Assembly: GCF_018350175.1 (NCBI RefSeq)
Contig: NC_058382.1
Coordinates: forward strand, 51,152,001 to 51,216,000
Length of the DNA stretch: 64,000 bases
Direction: 5' to 3'
DNA from: Felis catus
Taxonomy: Eukaryota
Shown here: one piece after another, positions 1-13,975 of the stretch
Layout of the letters: each line of letters opens with the position of its first letter
How positions within the stretch are numbered: the first letter of the stretch is position 1
Translations under genes and position numbers: made by a program
Notes under the pieces: generated by a model
Databases searched by the model: none
Seen by the model: the letters and a program-made list of their open reading frames with translations, nothing else
Told to the model about the DNA's origin: nothing

Positions 1-401
1 CTGAGAGGGCACAAGACCCAAAACAGACTGGCGTGATGAGCCACGCTGGCTTTTAGGAGTGACACACTAGGCTGGAGTCGGGCTCACTGGATTTACTCAT
101 GGAAGTTGGCAGGTGCAGGAAACAAGCTCTGAGGCAGTGTTGTGTCCTTATTAAAATCAGCTTATGGAAAACATACAACTAGTCAAAAGATTTTTTGTGA
201 CAAAAAGAATACCCCAAAACAGATTTATATTCTGTGAAATGTATAAACACCCATTTCAAGCATCCATAACACACTCTGGGAGAAGCAAGTAGCTATGATG
301 TAATAAATAACAGTTCATATTTATAAATTCTCCTAGTGGTTTATAAATGCAAATGTTCATTCTCTCACCTGCTCTCATGTTCCAGATAAAAAACTAAACC
401 A

Positions 402-648
402 GGGGCGTCTGGATATCTCAGTCGGTTAAGCATCCAACTCTTGATTTGGGCTCAGGTCGTGATTTCACGGATCTTGGGATCAAGCCCCAACTCAGGCTCC
501 ATGCTGAGTGTGGACCTGCTTGAGATTCTCACTCTCCCTCTCTCTCTGCCCCTCTCCCTGCCCTGCTTGCGCATGTACTCACACAACCGTGCATGTGTGC
601 GTGCTCTCTCTCTCTCTCAAAAAAAACAAATAGGCATTAAAAAAAAAA
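402..648 (+). mobile_element. Can-SINE (older subfamily)
   Basis: tRNA-derived head, (CT)n, A tail. Confidence 0.9.
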
Positions 649-1733
649 GCTGAAACAAACTTTGTCTTAAGGGAGGAGCTTACATACTGGGATGCTTTTG
701 AATATGCCATTTTTACTTCTACAAATGCAATAAATACTATATGAATATTATGTGCATAAAATATCATATTAAATGGGTCTGGAGACCCATGATTGGGGAG
801 GAAGCCTGTATTCACTCCTTAGCAGCATATGGATGTTCTCAACCAAACTTTGGTTCAGATACCAAGACTGAAGATGCCACATACTCCCCAACATGGGATG
901 GACAGAGTTACTGCTCACAAAATGAAGCTCTCTGTAGAGAGCTGGGTCAGCTCCCAAACATGGCTAAGAGTGCCTTGAGAACACAGAGAATAAAGAATGG
1001 CTTGGGGTTGGTTATGGGACGGTGTGAGGGTTCCTCCTACCTGTGGGACAGGGCTTACATTGTTTGAACTTCATGCTGAGGAGGAAGAACCGGGGCTTTC
1101 CTACCACCCTTCCCAGATGTGGGGCAAAGGAAGAAGAAGATGGGGATTAAAAGCTGACAGTAGTCAAATATCAAAAATGGAGTCAGACTGTTTATTATAG
1201 GAAGATAAAGAAGTAGGAATTTAAAATAAGTATATATTCCCTTATCATTCCTGTTAAAAACTCTTGCCCCCCCAAACTGTTCCCTCCAAAGACACACTCT
1301 AATTGTAAATTTGAATTTATAATCTACTATGAAAACAATAAGCAAGCCAAAAATTAAAATTATAGAGAGAGAGCAAGAGTCAATATATGCATAGTTGTGG
1401 AATGAGAGCGGATAAGAGGAAAGCAGGAGTAGGACTGGAGAAGGCAAGGCTAGAAGCATTTTGTAAGGGAGAAGTGGAAGGTGCTAAGAAAGAGAAGGCA
1501 TTTCTGACGAAGGAAATAGGAGGTGCGAGGGCATGAAGAAAGAGACCGTGACCCACGAAGACGACTTTTAAGAGATCGGGCATGGCTATCGTGTAAAAGA
1601 GTACTATGACAAGAGGCTGGAAGTTTCCATCAGAGTAGGTCAGGAATAACCTTGAGAATAATAATCTAGAAAGAAAAGTGTGTCATTAAAGGGTTTTATA
1701 TTTAAAAAGCAACGAGATCACAAATGCATTTTA

Positions 1734-1948
1734 AATTTTTTTTTTCAACGTTTATTTATTTTTGGGACAGAGAGAGACAGAGCATGAACGGGGGAGGGGC
1801 AGACAGAGAGGGAGACACAGAATCAGAAACAGGCTCCAGGCTCTGAGCCATCAGCCCAGAGCCCGACGCGGGGCTCGAACTCACGGACTGCGAGATCGTG
1901 ACCTGGCTGAAGTCGGACGCTTAACCGACTGCGCCACCCAGGCGCCCC
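1734..1948 (-). mobile_element. Young Can-SINE (SINEC_Fc-type)
   Basis: Perfect TSD cacaaatgcatttta; CpG-rich head. Confidence 0.95.
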
Positions 1949-4244
1949 CACAAATGCATTTTAGAGAAACCACCTGGCAGCCTACTGAGGGATGAGTGAG
2001 ACGGAGGCCAGACCGGAAGCAAGGATATTTATGTGAAGATTTTGCACTCATGCAAATAAGCTGAGAAAATGAGCGAGAGTAGTCCATGGTGGGGAAGTGA
2101 GAGAGGGGCATGAGAGATTTCAAAGACTCAGCTGCCTCAGGGCTTGGTGGGTGACTGCATGGAGGGCTATGAAGGGTTGTGGGGGGGGGTGCTACAGAGC
2201 GAAGTGCAGAGACAATCAGGAGCGACTCTCAGCCTTATGACTTGGACGTGTTGGCAGAAAAAAATGTTTTTAAGAAGCTGAGTATGAGTTGTCTGTGTCA
2301 CTTCCAGGCGATATCCAAACAGCACGAAAGGTAATGAGAGTGGAAATGGTGACACCACGTCTGGGAGAAGAAAAGATGAGGCCCCTTCCCCTTCTAAAAG
2401 TACAAAAAGGTATACCTAACATCTCATGACACCTCACAAGGTAGAAACGTCGTTCCTCAGGACAGTGCTACACTCCAGAAGAGCCTTTGCATGAGGGGAA
2501 AAAAGGTGGGAGCCAAGCACATCCAATTATATTTCATAAAAGTTTATTTTAGGAACCAGCTTATCTTCCTGACTTTCCTGAAAAAAAATTTTCACATACT
2601 TTTAGTGAGGTCATCACTGGTAGCATATAGAAAATCATGCCAGGAAAAGTCAGAAAATAAAAGTCTGAGCCAGGCACAATTATTACTTGTTGCTAAGTTG
2701 AAAAAGCAGCACAGATGCAAAGTTGTAAGTGTGAACAGTATCAAAGGGCACATGAGGAAAGATAGGTCACCCCCCAATCCAGAAGCCCAAGTCTCCTCTC
2801 AAGAGGCAACAACGATTGCCAGCTTCTTACGCATTTTCCCAGGTATCTGAACCATTTCACTGTGAACATAGCAACCGACTTTCTACCTAATCTTTCAAAA
2901 GGATTTACTATCAAGAAGTCTATTTTCCAGTTTCAAGACCCACAGAGCCAGAACTGCCCCATAAGTAAATTAAGCAGCTGAGGAATAATAGATCAAAGTA
3001 ACCAATGACTCTTAGACCCAGTTGAGTCAGTTTGGATAGGTTGAACGATTTATTATCTGCTTTTTTCTCCTGCAAGGTTTCAGTGTCTTTCACCAGGACT
3101 GTGGCTCCAACTGACCACGAGTCTCCCCACGGAGCTCTGGAAATGGTCTCCCCTTGGAACCAACCATCAATAGCACTACGTAACTGGGAATAATCTGGCA
3201 AGAGGGATGCTTAAGCAGATCGTCTCCTCCTTAAATTGGGGTTAAGAAGAGTTGGAGGAGAGGAAATGCTTTGGGAGACGCTTTTAGTTTCTTCTATTTC
3301 AGAAACAAGAGTCAAGGGAGTAAATCACGGCCACAAAATACTTCAATCCTGAAATGTCTTATTAAGTTGTTATCCTACGATCCTTTTAGATAGGAGATGC
3401 CTGGATAAAGCAAAAAAACAAACAAAAAAAAACAAAAACCTTTAAATAACTTTTTTTCTGATTATAAGAGGTATTGATACATATGACAGGAAATGTGAAA
3501 ACTCCAGGAAAACTGAACATTAAAAGAATCATCATGTCCCCATCCAAAGATAACAATTGGTATGATCTGTCTAGCTACATTCCATCTGTACACACTTCAG
3601 TTGTGCTTACAATCTTTTTGGAGTTTTCCCCCTAATATACTAACTTTCCTTCCAACTCAAATCCAAAGAGGTAACTCACTTAAATGGGCTCTTTGTGTCT
3701 CTGTCCCCAAGCAGGGCGCCAGCTGTGCGGCAGGTGTGGGAATGAGCGAGTTCCACTGCAGCAGGTGTCTACACAGCCCTTCCTGGTGCCCGCTATCTCC
3801 TCCAGCGCTGCCCTGAGCAACAGAAACTATTCTAACAACCCGCTCCGAGGAAGGCAGAGATGAAGCCAAAATGATCTGCACCTGTGAGAAAGGTCTGCCG
3901 TTTCTTTTAGGAATCTCTTTAAATAATGGTTAAAAGAGATCTGCTCGGGACTATTGTTGGTTCAGCTTTAGCGCTGGGAGAAAGCTCGAAGGTAGCTAGG
4001 GAAGATTATCTGTGCCTATTTGTTTAATGCCAGGCTGGCTCCAACTTCCCTGGCATCCAGATTGTTCTCCCATAGTTAGGAAAACAAAAACAAAAACAAA
4101 AAAAGGCTATAGGGAGAGGGGAAGAGCACACGGAGGCTGATGTGGTCAGAAATCTTCCAGGCACAATATTTTATTCTACATATTCACACAGAATAAATAT
4201 CTACATACTCTATATTTATATTCTATAACTTAAAGCTTCTTTTA

Positions 4245-4457
4245 TTTTTTTTTAATTTTTTAATGTTTCTTTATTGTTGACAGAGACAGAATGTGAGCGG
4301 GGGAGGGGCAGAGAGAGAGGGAGACACAGAATCTGAAGCAGGCTCCAGCCTCCGAACTGTCAGCACAGAGCCCGATGCGGGCTCGAACCCACAAACTGCG
4401 AGATCATGACCTGAGTTGAAGTCGGATGCTCAACCAACTGAGCCACCCAGGCGCCCC
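4245..4457 (-). mobile_element. Can-SINE
   Basis: TSD cttaaagct(t/a)ctttta. Confidence 0.93.
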
Positions 4458-4485
4458 TTAAAGCTACTTTTAAAATACCGTTCCT

Positions 4486-4687
4486 GGGGCACTTTCAGTC
4501 AGTTGAGCGTCCAACTTCAGCTCGGGTCATGATCTCACATTCATGGGTTTGAGCCCTGCAACAGGCTCTGTACTGACAGCTCAGAGCCCGGAGCCTGCTT
4601 CGGATTCTGTATCTCCCTCTCTCTCTGCCCCTCCCCTGCTCACACTCTGTGTCTCTCTCAAAAAAAAAAAAGTTAGGAAAAAAAAAA
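4486..4687 (+). mobile_element. Can-SINE (head-to-head with the preceding copy)
   Basis: Head partly deleted; (CT)n and A tail present. Confidence 0.9.
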
Positions 4688-5836
4688 GTTTCTAATGGAA
4701 GTAGGTATTTACCGCTGCTTTAAAAGATAGCAAATACTATTCCAATATACTCTGATGCAATTAATGACTCAGAGTATGGATTAACATAGGAAATCAAGTT
4801 ACATGTTTAGCCTAGAACATGCCATCAAATGTTCTAACCACGTTATATCCTTATATATAAATACATTAAGTAGCTTTAACGGTTTTTACACCAGCAAACA
4901 CTGTTGTATTGCTACCTTTTTCCAAAGTGAAACTGATAATACTGAACGCCAGGCAAAAACAAGTGTATATGCTAATAAGAACAGCAAGTATGAAGGGGGA
5001 GATCTGCTAAGCACAGTTGCAGTATAGCAAAATGAGTAACAACGTATTTTCCACCTAAAAATAAATAAGCACTGCATATAGTCTCAAGATGGAAAACATC
5101 TTTGGAACTATATACTTTCATCTATTACACTATTGTAAACATCCTAAGATGTCAAGAAAGTTGACTTTACCACCACCTTTCATAATTCAGGCTAATACTG
5201 AGAAATCTTTATTGACAATAAACTTCCCTACAAATAAAAAAATAATTCATCATTTTGGATACGTTTGTTTTTATTTTTGTTTCTGGCTCAAGTCTAAGCA
5301 TCTAGCATGGTAACTTCTGGTTTTAGAGGAAAATTAGAAGCCTAATAGAGTAACAATGTAGAGTCCATCTATGAAATGGAAGAGCCATTTAAAACCTTAA
5401 AAAAAAAAAACTACTATAAGCATAACACCTGGACCATTACACCTAGTCCCTTAACCAGGTAATTAGAATAGGGTGCCAGGTCTTTCTGATCAGACACAAC
5501 TCTCCACACATAAATCCTTTGAGCAATGGGCACTTTAACCTCGGTTCTTCATGGAACCCTAGGTATCTCCTAGAACATATATTCTGCATTCCAAGAGACC
5601 ATCATGACCCAATAAGGAAGGCAAACAACTGAAATCCAATGGATTCACTTTGTTGTCAACTAACTGCAACAGACAGCTGATTCAAATTTGAACTTCCGAT
5701 TAACATATCCCTAGGGGTTTTCCAATTTGGCTCCTGTTAATCCACGTCTTCCTTACTTGCATCCCCCTTGCTCCTTCTGATGAATAAGTACATTAAAAAA
5801 AAACTAACACAGAGACATTTGAAAAAAATTACATAG

Positions 5837-6063
5837 GGGGCGCCTGGGTGGCTCAGTCGGTTGAGCGTCCGACTTCGCTCAGGTCACGATCTCATGGTCC
5901 GTGAGTTCGAGCCCCGCATCAGGCTCTGTGCCGACAGCTCAGAGCCTGGAGCCTGCTTCAGATTCTGTGTCTCCCTCTCTCTCTGGCCCTCCCCCCATTC
6001 ATGCTCTGTCTCTCTCTGTCTCAAAAATAAATAAATGTTAAAAAAAAAAATTTAAAAAAAAAA
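5837..6063 (+). mobile_element. Can-SINE
   Basis: TSD aaaaaaattacatagg. Confidence 0.95.
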
Positions 6064-6073
6064 TTACATAGGT

Positions 6074-6231
6074 GGGGTACCTGGGTGGCTCATTCGGGTA
6101 AGCGTCCAAGTCTTGATTTCAGCGCAGGTCATGATCTTGAGTCCCGTGCTAGGCTCCATGCTGGGAGTGGAATCTGTTTAAGCTTCTCTCTCTCCCTTTA
6201 CCCTCTGTCCCTCTCCTGCTCATGCATGTGT

Positions 6232-6266
<35 letters not shown>

Positions 6267-6290
6267 AATTAAATAGTTAAAAAGAAAAAG
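6074..6290 (+). mobile_element. Can-SINE (older)
   Basis: Head, long (CT)n, A-rich tail. Confidence 0.9.
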
Positions 6291-6954
6291 TCAAGCAACA
6301 GAAAAATGTATGTAGTACAAGGTAAGTATCACTTGCTGTCCAGATCCCCAGTCCCTCAGGCCTGCTTTATAGCAACCACTGCCACCGTATTTGAATCTCC
6401 TTCTGGAAACGGTCCCAGATACACATGCACACAGGTGTGTTTATACAAACATGTAGCTCTTTTTTTTTTTTTTTTTTTTTCACAAAATGGGAGCCTACTA
6501 TACATAACATGTTTTTTCTCTGTCCACATAGTAGTTAGTACAAAGATCTAAGAGAAGGATACCATCATAGGTGCCTCTATTATACTCTCACACGCAACCT
6601 ATGGATTATTCAAGCTTGTCAAGACCATTTTCACTTTTAAAAAATCATAAAAATGCCACTTATATCCTCATCCACATGTTGAAGAACAGACCAAGGAGAG
6701 ACAGACACCCGATAGTACTCCACTGTTGATTCACCCCTCCCTGGCACAAATTAATTCTCAAGGGCCTATGAACCCACTTAAGAGAATTGCTATCCTGCCC
6801 ACATTTTTTCATCTCAGCACTGAGGTGTAAGTCAGAAGCACCTGAAATTTGAACATATGCAGAGCCATTTCATCAGTTATCTGGAGTTGTTATTTTTGTT
6901 GATTTTCCCTCTATCCCTTCAGGCTTAGAGGAAAAAAAGACCTTATTAACTTAC

Positions 6955-7007
6955 GCTTTCTTGTACACAAAATGCTATGGGCAGCAAGTCTTTACTTAAT
7001 GGGAACA
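6955..7007 (-). other. Candidate internal exon (53 nt)
   Basis: Long pyrimidine acceptor ttatcactatttttattttgttgctattctcag|, donor AGC|gtaagt. Confidence 0.35.
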
Positions 7008-8834
7008 CTGAGAATAGCAACAAAATAAAAATAGTGATAAAAGCTAAAAACAACAAGCCAGGGCAGCCAGATGATCATGGACCACAGATTCTGATTTCTC
7101 TCCAGTGGACTTCCAAAATGCTTCAAGTTCAAAGACCCATCATGGCATGACATATCTGTGTGGGACAGAAAAGGCCATTCCTGTGAGTTAGAACAGCACA
7201 GTGATCAGATGCATCTCTGCAGGGATTTCCGTCCATCTACCCATCTAGACCACTTCAACCTCTCCTACATCTAGAGATCTAGCTTTCCTGTGTGAGAACT
7301 CTTGGATACAAAGCATAATGAACACATTCGATGGGCCACAGCACTTTTCGCTGCTCCACAAATTATCTGGGGAGTATGCACCATATGTTTTCCCTTTCTC
7401 TAAGCTTCTACTTTTGGTTCCTCCTGAAGGCATATCTCATTTACTGTTGTTGGCATATGTGTCTGTGCTTTTCAGTAAGTGAATAACCCATTGAAAACAA
7501 CTGCATGAACCATCATCCCATGCTTTATGCTGAGTTGTATATACTATAACCACTGGAAAGCAGCAATATTTAGTCTAGGGACAACTTCACATGATACATA
7601 CTTCCTTTGAAAGAAAGTATACTCAGACCATTTGGGGGAAGATATGAATACAAAACTCAGCCACATGTGGTATCAAAACTAAAAACAGAGTTTATCACAG
7701 ATGAGACACATATTCAGTCATTGACGAAACCGTAAGGTTTCATTTATAAAATGCAGAAATAAGAAAAATATGTCATAATGTAATTCCAGATGTATCTACA
7801 GTTGTAGGTACATTTCCATTTTTGTTAAATGTTTATATTTAAACTTTTGCGAGGATATCATGTCTGAAATGAGTATTGTTGCCTTATATTGACATTACAC
7901 TCCCTCTTTCATCCTTGTAACAGTTCATGCCTTCCAGATACATCTGCTGAGATGCTGCCTAAAGGAAGTAAATACTGCCAGTGTTTTCACATGTGCACAT
8001 AAAAATGCATTTAATTCATATTTTAGATAAGAAAAACATATCAAATACAATTCAATATCACACTTACATCTGTAATGTCTAATTATTCTAAAAACTAAGT
8101 TGAGACTTCTCATAATGTGGATCTATGATTGCAAACCAATATATATATTTTATGTGTGTTCACTTTTGCTAACTAGATAATTAACATCTCTTCCTTTGAT
8201 CAACTTTTCATGCCCTCCAAAAGGTAAGATCTATGTAACTTCAAACATTTGGTAACTTGTTTTATAAAACTTCTCATCCACTTATGCCTATGTTCATCAA
8301 TAATGTTATGATACTCATAATCCATCTACTGAGTGCCTACCATGTCCCATTTAGTCCTTATAACAATCTTGCAAGGTAGATATTATTACCAAGGGAGGAA
8401 ACGGACACCCAGGGATCTGATATGTCAAGTATTTATATGGCACGTGAGATTCAAACCTATTGTAGACGAGCTGTTTTTATGGGGCAAAGACTGAAGACAT
8501 GACCACAGGCTTTCACCACTGCCACAAGCAACAGCAGAAGAATTGGGGAGGATGCTCCATCTTGGATCTGTCATGATAGTCCCAGAGAAAGAATACGGTA
8601 GACCCCCTGGAAGCATGTGCTCACTGCAGGCCCATTCATTTTGGCCCTATGCATATACTATTACTGTTGGCCACACTAAAACCATCTACTCACTTTGCAG
8701 TCAATGGACAGAAAACCGAGCGAAAGCCCCCACCAGAATTCTATGGGATGGGTGGTAGAGGTGAAGAAGTTCCCCACAGAAAGATAAGTGATCTTACCAG
8801 AGGAAGAAGGGCAGTGCCACATTAAGTACACACA

Positions 8835-9320
8835 CACAGCACAACACAACTTCAAATTCCTTTAACATACCTACCGTTGAGAAGTAGGTCTAAACCCCCT
8901 GAACCTGAACGTGGTTCATGCCAGCTTGACTAATCGAGTATGGTGGAAATGATACTGTCCAGCTTCCAGGCCAAAGAAGTAAGAAACCGACAGCTACTGT
9001 ATCTCTTGAAATGCTCACCCTTGGAAAACGGCCACAAGGCTACAGCTAAGTTTGTGGGGAAGGCCATGCAGAAAAGAAGCGAGGTCAAAGGCCCCTATCC
9101 CCAGCAGAGCTCGCAGCCAATAGCCAAGACCAAACTGCCAATCAGGTATGGGAGCCATCATCTAAGTGTATCCTCAATCCCTCAGCCAAGCCTGCCCAGT
9201 GATGCTGCATGAAGCAGAGATAAGAGCCCTGCTGAAATTGCATATCTGTGATCTAACTACTAGGGGCACTGCCATTAAGCACTGCGGGTACCAGTTATAT
9301 AAAAGTGAAACAACCAGTCA
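8835..9320 (+). mobile_element. MaLR solo LTR (MLT1F/G/H-like)
   Basis: gcttgactaatcgagtatggtggaaatgatactgtccagcttcc...aattgcatatctgtga resembles MLT1. Confidence 0.6.
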
Positions 9321-10651
9321 CCAAATTGTCACTGTTTCCTTTGCATTAAACACACAAACTTTGCTCACAGTCTCCTGAGTACCCACCACTATACCAAGCA
9401 TATTGTAGCTGTGCCGTAACTATTCATGAAATAATTGAATTACACATTCCCAACGTATTATCATCTCTTTGTAATGGGATAAATGGTACCAAGAACTTAA
9501 GTGAACTGCACAAGTGGTTCTCAGGCGGAACTGGAAGATTTTCATATTTAAGTCAAACGCATTATCTATTATGACCCTCAGAACAGTCTCTCTGTGTTAA
9601 GTAAAATCCATCTCTTCTTCTCATGGAACAATATGACAGGTGGTGTCGAATGTTTTCTAAGCTTTAAAAATAAGCACGCTAAAATATCTGGAAACATAGG
9701 CTATAAACCAGTAGCACTAGCTAATCTTGGAGAGCAAGTCTTGGGGTTTGAGGAAGCAACTGATATCTACTTTCTGTACCACTTTCACTTCCTACAAATG
9801 AACATTTATTAATTTTACACTTTTAAATGACAGTAAATTAGATCTAGTAAGGCAATCTACCAAAATGTTAGCAGTATTGTGATTATGGGATTATAAGGGT
9901 TTCACACTGACATTTAATATCTAACTCATTACTGATAATGAACATATATTCCCCTGTAGTTCTCAAAGAATTTCAAATTTTTATCCATGAAGATCCCAAA
10001 TTTTATGTAACAGAAAAAAAATCGCTGTACATTATCTGGATATGTCATGCAAAATCAACTGTAACACATACCAAGCTCAGATTCACATATGAGAACAACC
10101 CATGTCCACATGCACCAAGAACCATTATGGGGAAGCTTTGCTCTAGGACATAGCACCAATAAGAATATAGCAAATAACTCCCTTGATTAAACCTTTTTAT
10201 TCTTGAAGCTTTTATCTTGCTACGGCAGCATTTTCAGGAAAGGAGCCTGAAACATGCCCTTTCTTAGTGTTCATGGTTAAGTGGAAAGATGGTGAAGAGC
10301 CCATCTGTGTGTGTCTCTGAGGCCCAAGCATGACTAAGGGACACTAAATCTCTGATATTTCCAAAGCTTTCACACTTGTGTAACAGCTAGAATCTCTGGT
10401 TAATACTATACCTCAGATTCTCTTCAGTTATAACTGAAAATTTTCTCTGGACACAAAATTTCAAGGTACTCACACTACGGTTCCAGATTTTCTATTTCTA
10501 TCAGTGGACTGAGTTAATTTTCAGTCCACACTATGAGTTATCAAAGACCAAGCATTTTATTCATTCATTTATATATTCAATCTATGGCTGAAGAGCAGGT
10601 TTAAGTCGAAGATACATAACAGGTAGTTCTGTTATCAAATGTCCAAAAGGA

Positions 10652-11698
10652 TGATGGCCAACAGGCACATGAAAAGATGCTCAACGTCGCTCCTCATCAG
10701 GAAAATACAAATCAAAACCACACTCAGATACCACCTCACGCCAGTCAGAGTGGCCAAAATGAACAAAACAGGAGACTATAGATGCTGGAGAGGATGTGGA
10801 GAAACGGGAACCCTCTTGCACTGTTGGTGGGAATGCAAACGGGTGCAGCCGCTCTGGAAAACAGTGTGGAGGTTCCTCAAAAAATTAAAAATAGACCTAC
10901 CCTATGACCCAGCAATAGCACTGCTAGGAATTTACCCAAGGGATACAGGAGTGCTGATGCATAGGGGCACTTGGACCCCAATGTTTATAGCAGCACTCTC
11001 AACAATAGCCAAATTATGGAAAGAGCCTAAACGTCCATCAACTGATAAGTGGATACAGAAATTGTGGTTTATATACACAATGGAGTACTACGTGGCAATG
11101 AGAAAGAATGAAATACTTTGTAGCAATGTGGATGGAACTGGAGAGTGTTATGCTAAGTGAAATAAGCCATACAGGGGTGCCTGGGTGGCTCAGTCGGTTA
11201 AGCGGCCGACTTCGGTTCAGGTCATGATCTCGTGGTCCGTGAGTTCGAGCCCTGCGTCGGGCCCTGTGCTGACAGCTCAGAGCCTGGAGCCTGTTTCAGA
11301 TTCTGTGTCTCCCTCTCTCTGACCCTCCCCTGTTCATGCTCTGTCTCTCCCTGTCTCAAAAATAAATAAAACGTTAAAAAAAATTAAAAAATTAAAAAAA
11401 TTAAAAAAAAAAAAGAAAGAAGCCATACAGAGAAAGACAGATACCATATGTGTTCACTCATGTGGATCCTGAGAAACTTAACAGGAACCCATGGGGGAGG
11501 GGAAGGAAAAAAAAAAGAGGTTAGAGTGGGAGAGAGCCAAAGCCTAAGAGACTGTTAAAAACTGAGAACAAACTGAGGGCTGATGGGGTGCGGGAGGGAG
11601 GGAAAGTGGGTGATGGGCACTGAGGAGGGCACCTGTTGGGATGAGCACTGGGTGCTGTATGGAAACCAATTTGACAATAAATTTCATATATTAAAAAA
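10652..11698 (+). mobile_element. 5'-truncated young felid LINE-1 (L1_Fc-like): ORF2 C-terminus, 3' UTR, A tail; contains a nested SINE
   Basis: ORF2 motifs [20 protein letters not shown] and [12 protein letters not shown]; perfect 15-bp TSD aaatgtccaaaagga at 10637-10651 and 11699-11713. Confidence 0.95.
11174..11414 (+). mobile_element. Can-SINE nested in the L1
   Basis: TSD gaaa(t/g)aagccataca interrupts the end of L1 ORF2. Confidence 0.95.
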
Positions 11699-11774
11699 AA
11701 ATGTCCAAAAGGACGACCTCTTGTCCGCTATCAGCTATGTTAGCTGCCTATCCAACTATGATCCCTGCTCTCCA

Positions 11775-11986
11775 TAAAATGAACTCATAGAAACAAAGAG
11801 CAGAATGGTGGTTGCCAGGGTCTGGGGAAGTAGGGAAAGTGGAAGAATGGTGGTTAAAGGATACAAACTTTCAATTATAAGATGAATAAGTTCTGAAAGA
11901 TATAACGTAAAGCATGGTGACTACAGTTAACAAAGACATATGGGATACCTGTAATTTGCTAAAAGTATAGATCTAAAGTGTTCTCA

Positions 11987-12026
<40 letters not shown>

Positions 12027-12155
12027 CTATATGAAGTGATGGGTTTATTAGCTTGATTGTGATGATCATTTCACAATGTATACATATATCAAACTCATAC
12101 CGCATATCTTAAATATATACAATTTTTACCTGTCAATCATACCTCAATAAAGCTG
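11775..12155 (+). mobile_element. Old L1 3' end (L1MA/MB-like) with an internal (CA)n
   Basis: agaatggtggttgccaggg...taagatgaataagttctg...ctcaataaagctg is typical of an L1MA 3' UTR. Confidence 0.75.
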
Positions 12156-12164
12156 GGGGGGGTG

Positions 12165-13135
12165 GGGAATGGGCAGAAGTCTTAATGGACACCTCACCAG
12201 AGAAGAAATCCACATGGCAAATAAGCATGTGAAAAGATGCTTCACACATCATTTGTCATCAGCAAAATGGGAATGAAAACAAGATACCACTGCAGATCTA
12301 TCAGGATGGCTAAAATCCAGAACACAAAACCAACTGTTTGCGAGGGTGTGGAGCAACCGGAACTCTCATCCACTGCTAGCAGGAGTGTAAAACAGTACAG
12401 ACACTTTAGAAGACAATTGATAGCTTCCTAGAAAACTAAACATACCTCTACCATACAATCCAGAAATCATACTCCTTAGTATTTACCCAAAGCAGTTAAA
12501 AACTTTTGTCCACACAAAAGTCTACACACATACATTTGCGGCGGTTTCATTCACAAATGCCAAAACCTGGAAGCAACCAAGATGTCTTTCAGTAGGTCAA
12601 TGAGCAAATAAATTGTGATACATCCAGACAATGGAATATTATTCAATGCTAAAAAAAATGATCTAAGAAGCCATAAAAAGACATGGAAGAAACAAATGCA
12701 TATTACTATAGGAAAGAAGAAAATGTGAAAAGGATACATACAGTATGATTCCAAATATATGACTAAATCGGGAATTAAGGGGAAGGGAGGGATGAGTAAG
12801 TGGAGCACAGATCTTCCTGGCAGTGAAACTATTCTATATGATACTATAGTAGTAGATACACGTCATTAAGCGTTATACATTATACGTATACCCACAACGT
12901 GTAACATCAAGACTGGAAGCCTAATGTAAACTATCGACTTTAGATGATGATATATCAATGCAGCCTCATAGACAATGCATGGACTCATGGACCACTCGGG
13001 TAAATGATGTTGATAGCTGGGGTCGTTGTAGGGTGGGGGGACAGGGATACATGTATGGCAACTCTCTACTTTCTGCTAAATTTTTCCTTGAACCTAAAAT
13101 TGCTCTTAAAAATAAGGCTTATTAATTAAAAAAAC
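12165..13135 (+). mobile_element. Old L1 (L1MC-like) ORF2 end and 3' UTR
   Basis: Degenerate ORF2 C-terminus; 3' end aacctaaaattgctcttaaaaataa. Confidence 0.75.
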
Positions 13136-13415
13136 AAAGTCAAGGAAAAATGTTAAGAATTATCATCTTTGGGCTATGAAAACATGGTTTTCTTTTCCAT
13201 ACTTTTCTATATTGTCCAATTAACCACTATTAGAATTTTATTGAATGATTTTATTTTCAGGTCAGAAAAAAATGTGTATTTACTGATTATAGCTGAAGAT
13301 TTTCCTCCTTCTCTTGATTCCCACGACTGCTACTCTGATTTTGCATAAACTCACACCTGCACTACCGGCAAGAGTACCCAAGTTCCCCATCATCCCATTT
13401 ATGCTCAGGTTCATC

Positions 13416-13582
13416 ATATATGTATATGTATACATACATATATATATACACATATGTACGTATACATATACACACATACATACACATACATGTATATACA
13501 TATATATACATATACATACAAATATATACGTATATATACACACACACATATATACACGTACACATACAGATACACATACACA
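13416..13582. repeat. Complex (TA)/(CA) purine-pyrimidine microsatellite
   Basis: tatatgtatatgtatacatacat...acacatacacaca. Confidence 0.95.
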
Positions 13583-13912
13583 TTACTCTTCCTTAGGTAC
13601 CATTTCACCATGCCATTAGCTTTTCCTGATTCTCAGGTGTATCCACTGTCCTCTTCTTAACTCCCTCCAATCTATCCAGGGCTGCTGCACCCTCCCTGCC
13701 CACATACACACTTCTCCATTCATTTCTTCCAATGTTCCAAGCCATGGTGATTGTTTTTATTCTATTACTTTCCATAAAAAGCATAGGCCAGGGCTTTAGG
13801 AAATTGACTATAAACCAAGATGCACCATATACTGGCTTCAAGGTCTGCGGTACAAAGTAGAATCTCCTAAATCAGATTTTAAACTCTGTCATCTAAGGAA
13901 TCAATGCATTAC

Positions 13913-13975
13913 CTTTGCCTTTCATGTTATCAACTCCACTTATAATGGATCCAATGACAGGATATATGGAACCCA
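13913..13975 (-). other. Candidate internal exon (63 nt)
   Basis: Donor AAG|gtaatg; acceptor is weak (tattttaaag|). Confidence 0.25.

Noticed and set aside
2920..3201. 93-aa minus ORF with protein-like composition
   Set aside because: No ATG start, no recognisable homology and no convincing splice sites.
10504..10530. Hairpin gtggactga-gttaattt-tcagtccac as a miRNA
   Set aside because: The 9-bp stem is far too short for a pre-miRNA.
13280..13660. Several Y/I/H/T/V/C-rich ORFs
   Set aside because: Translations of a (TA)/(CA) microsatellite.
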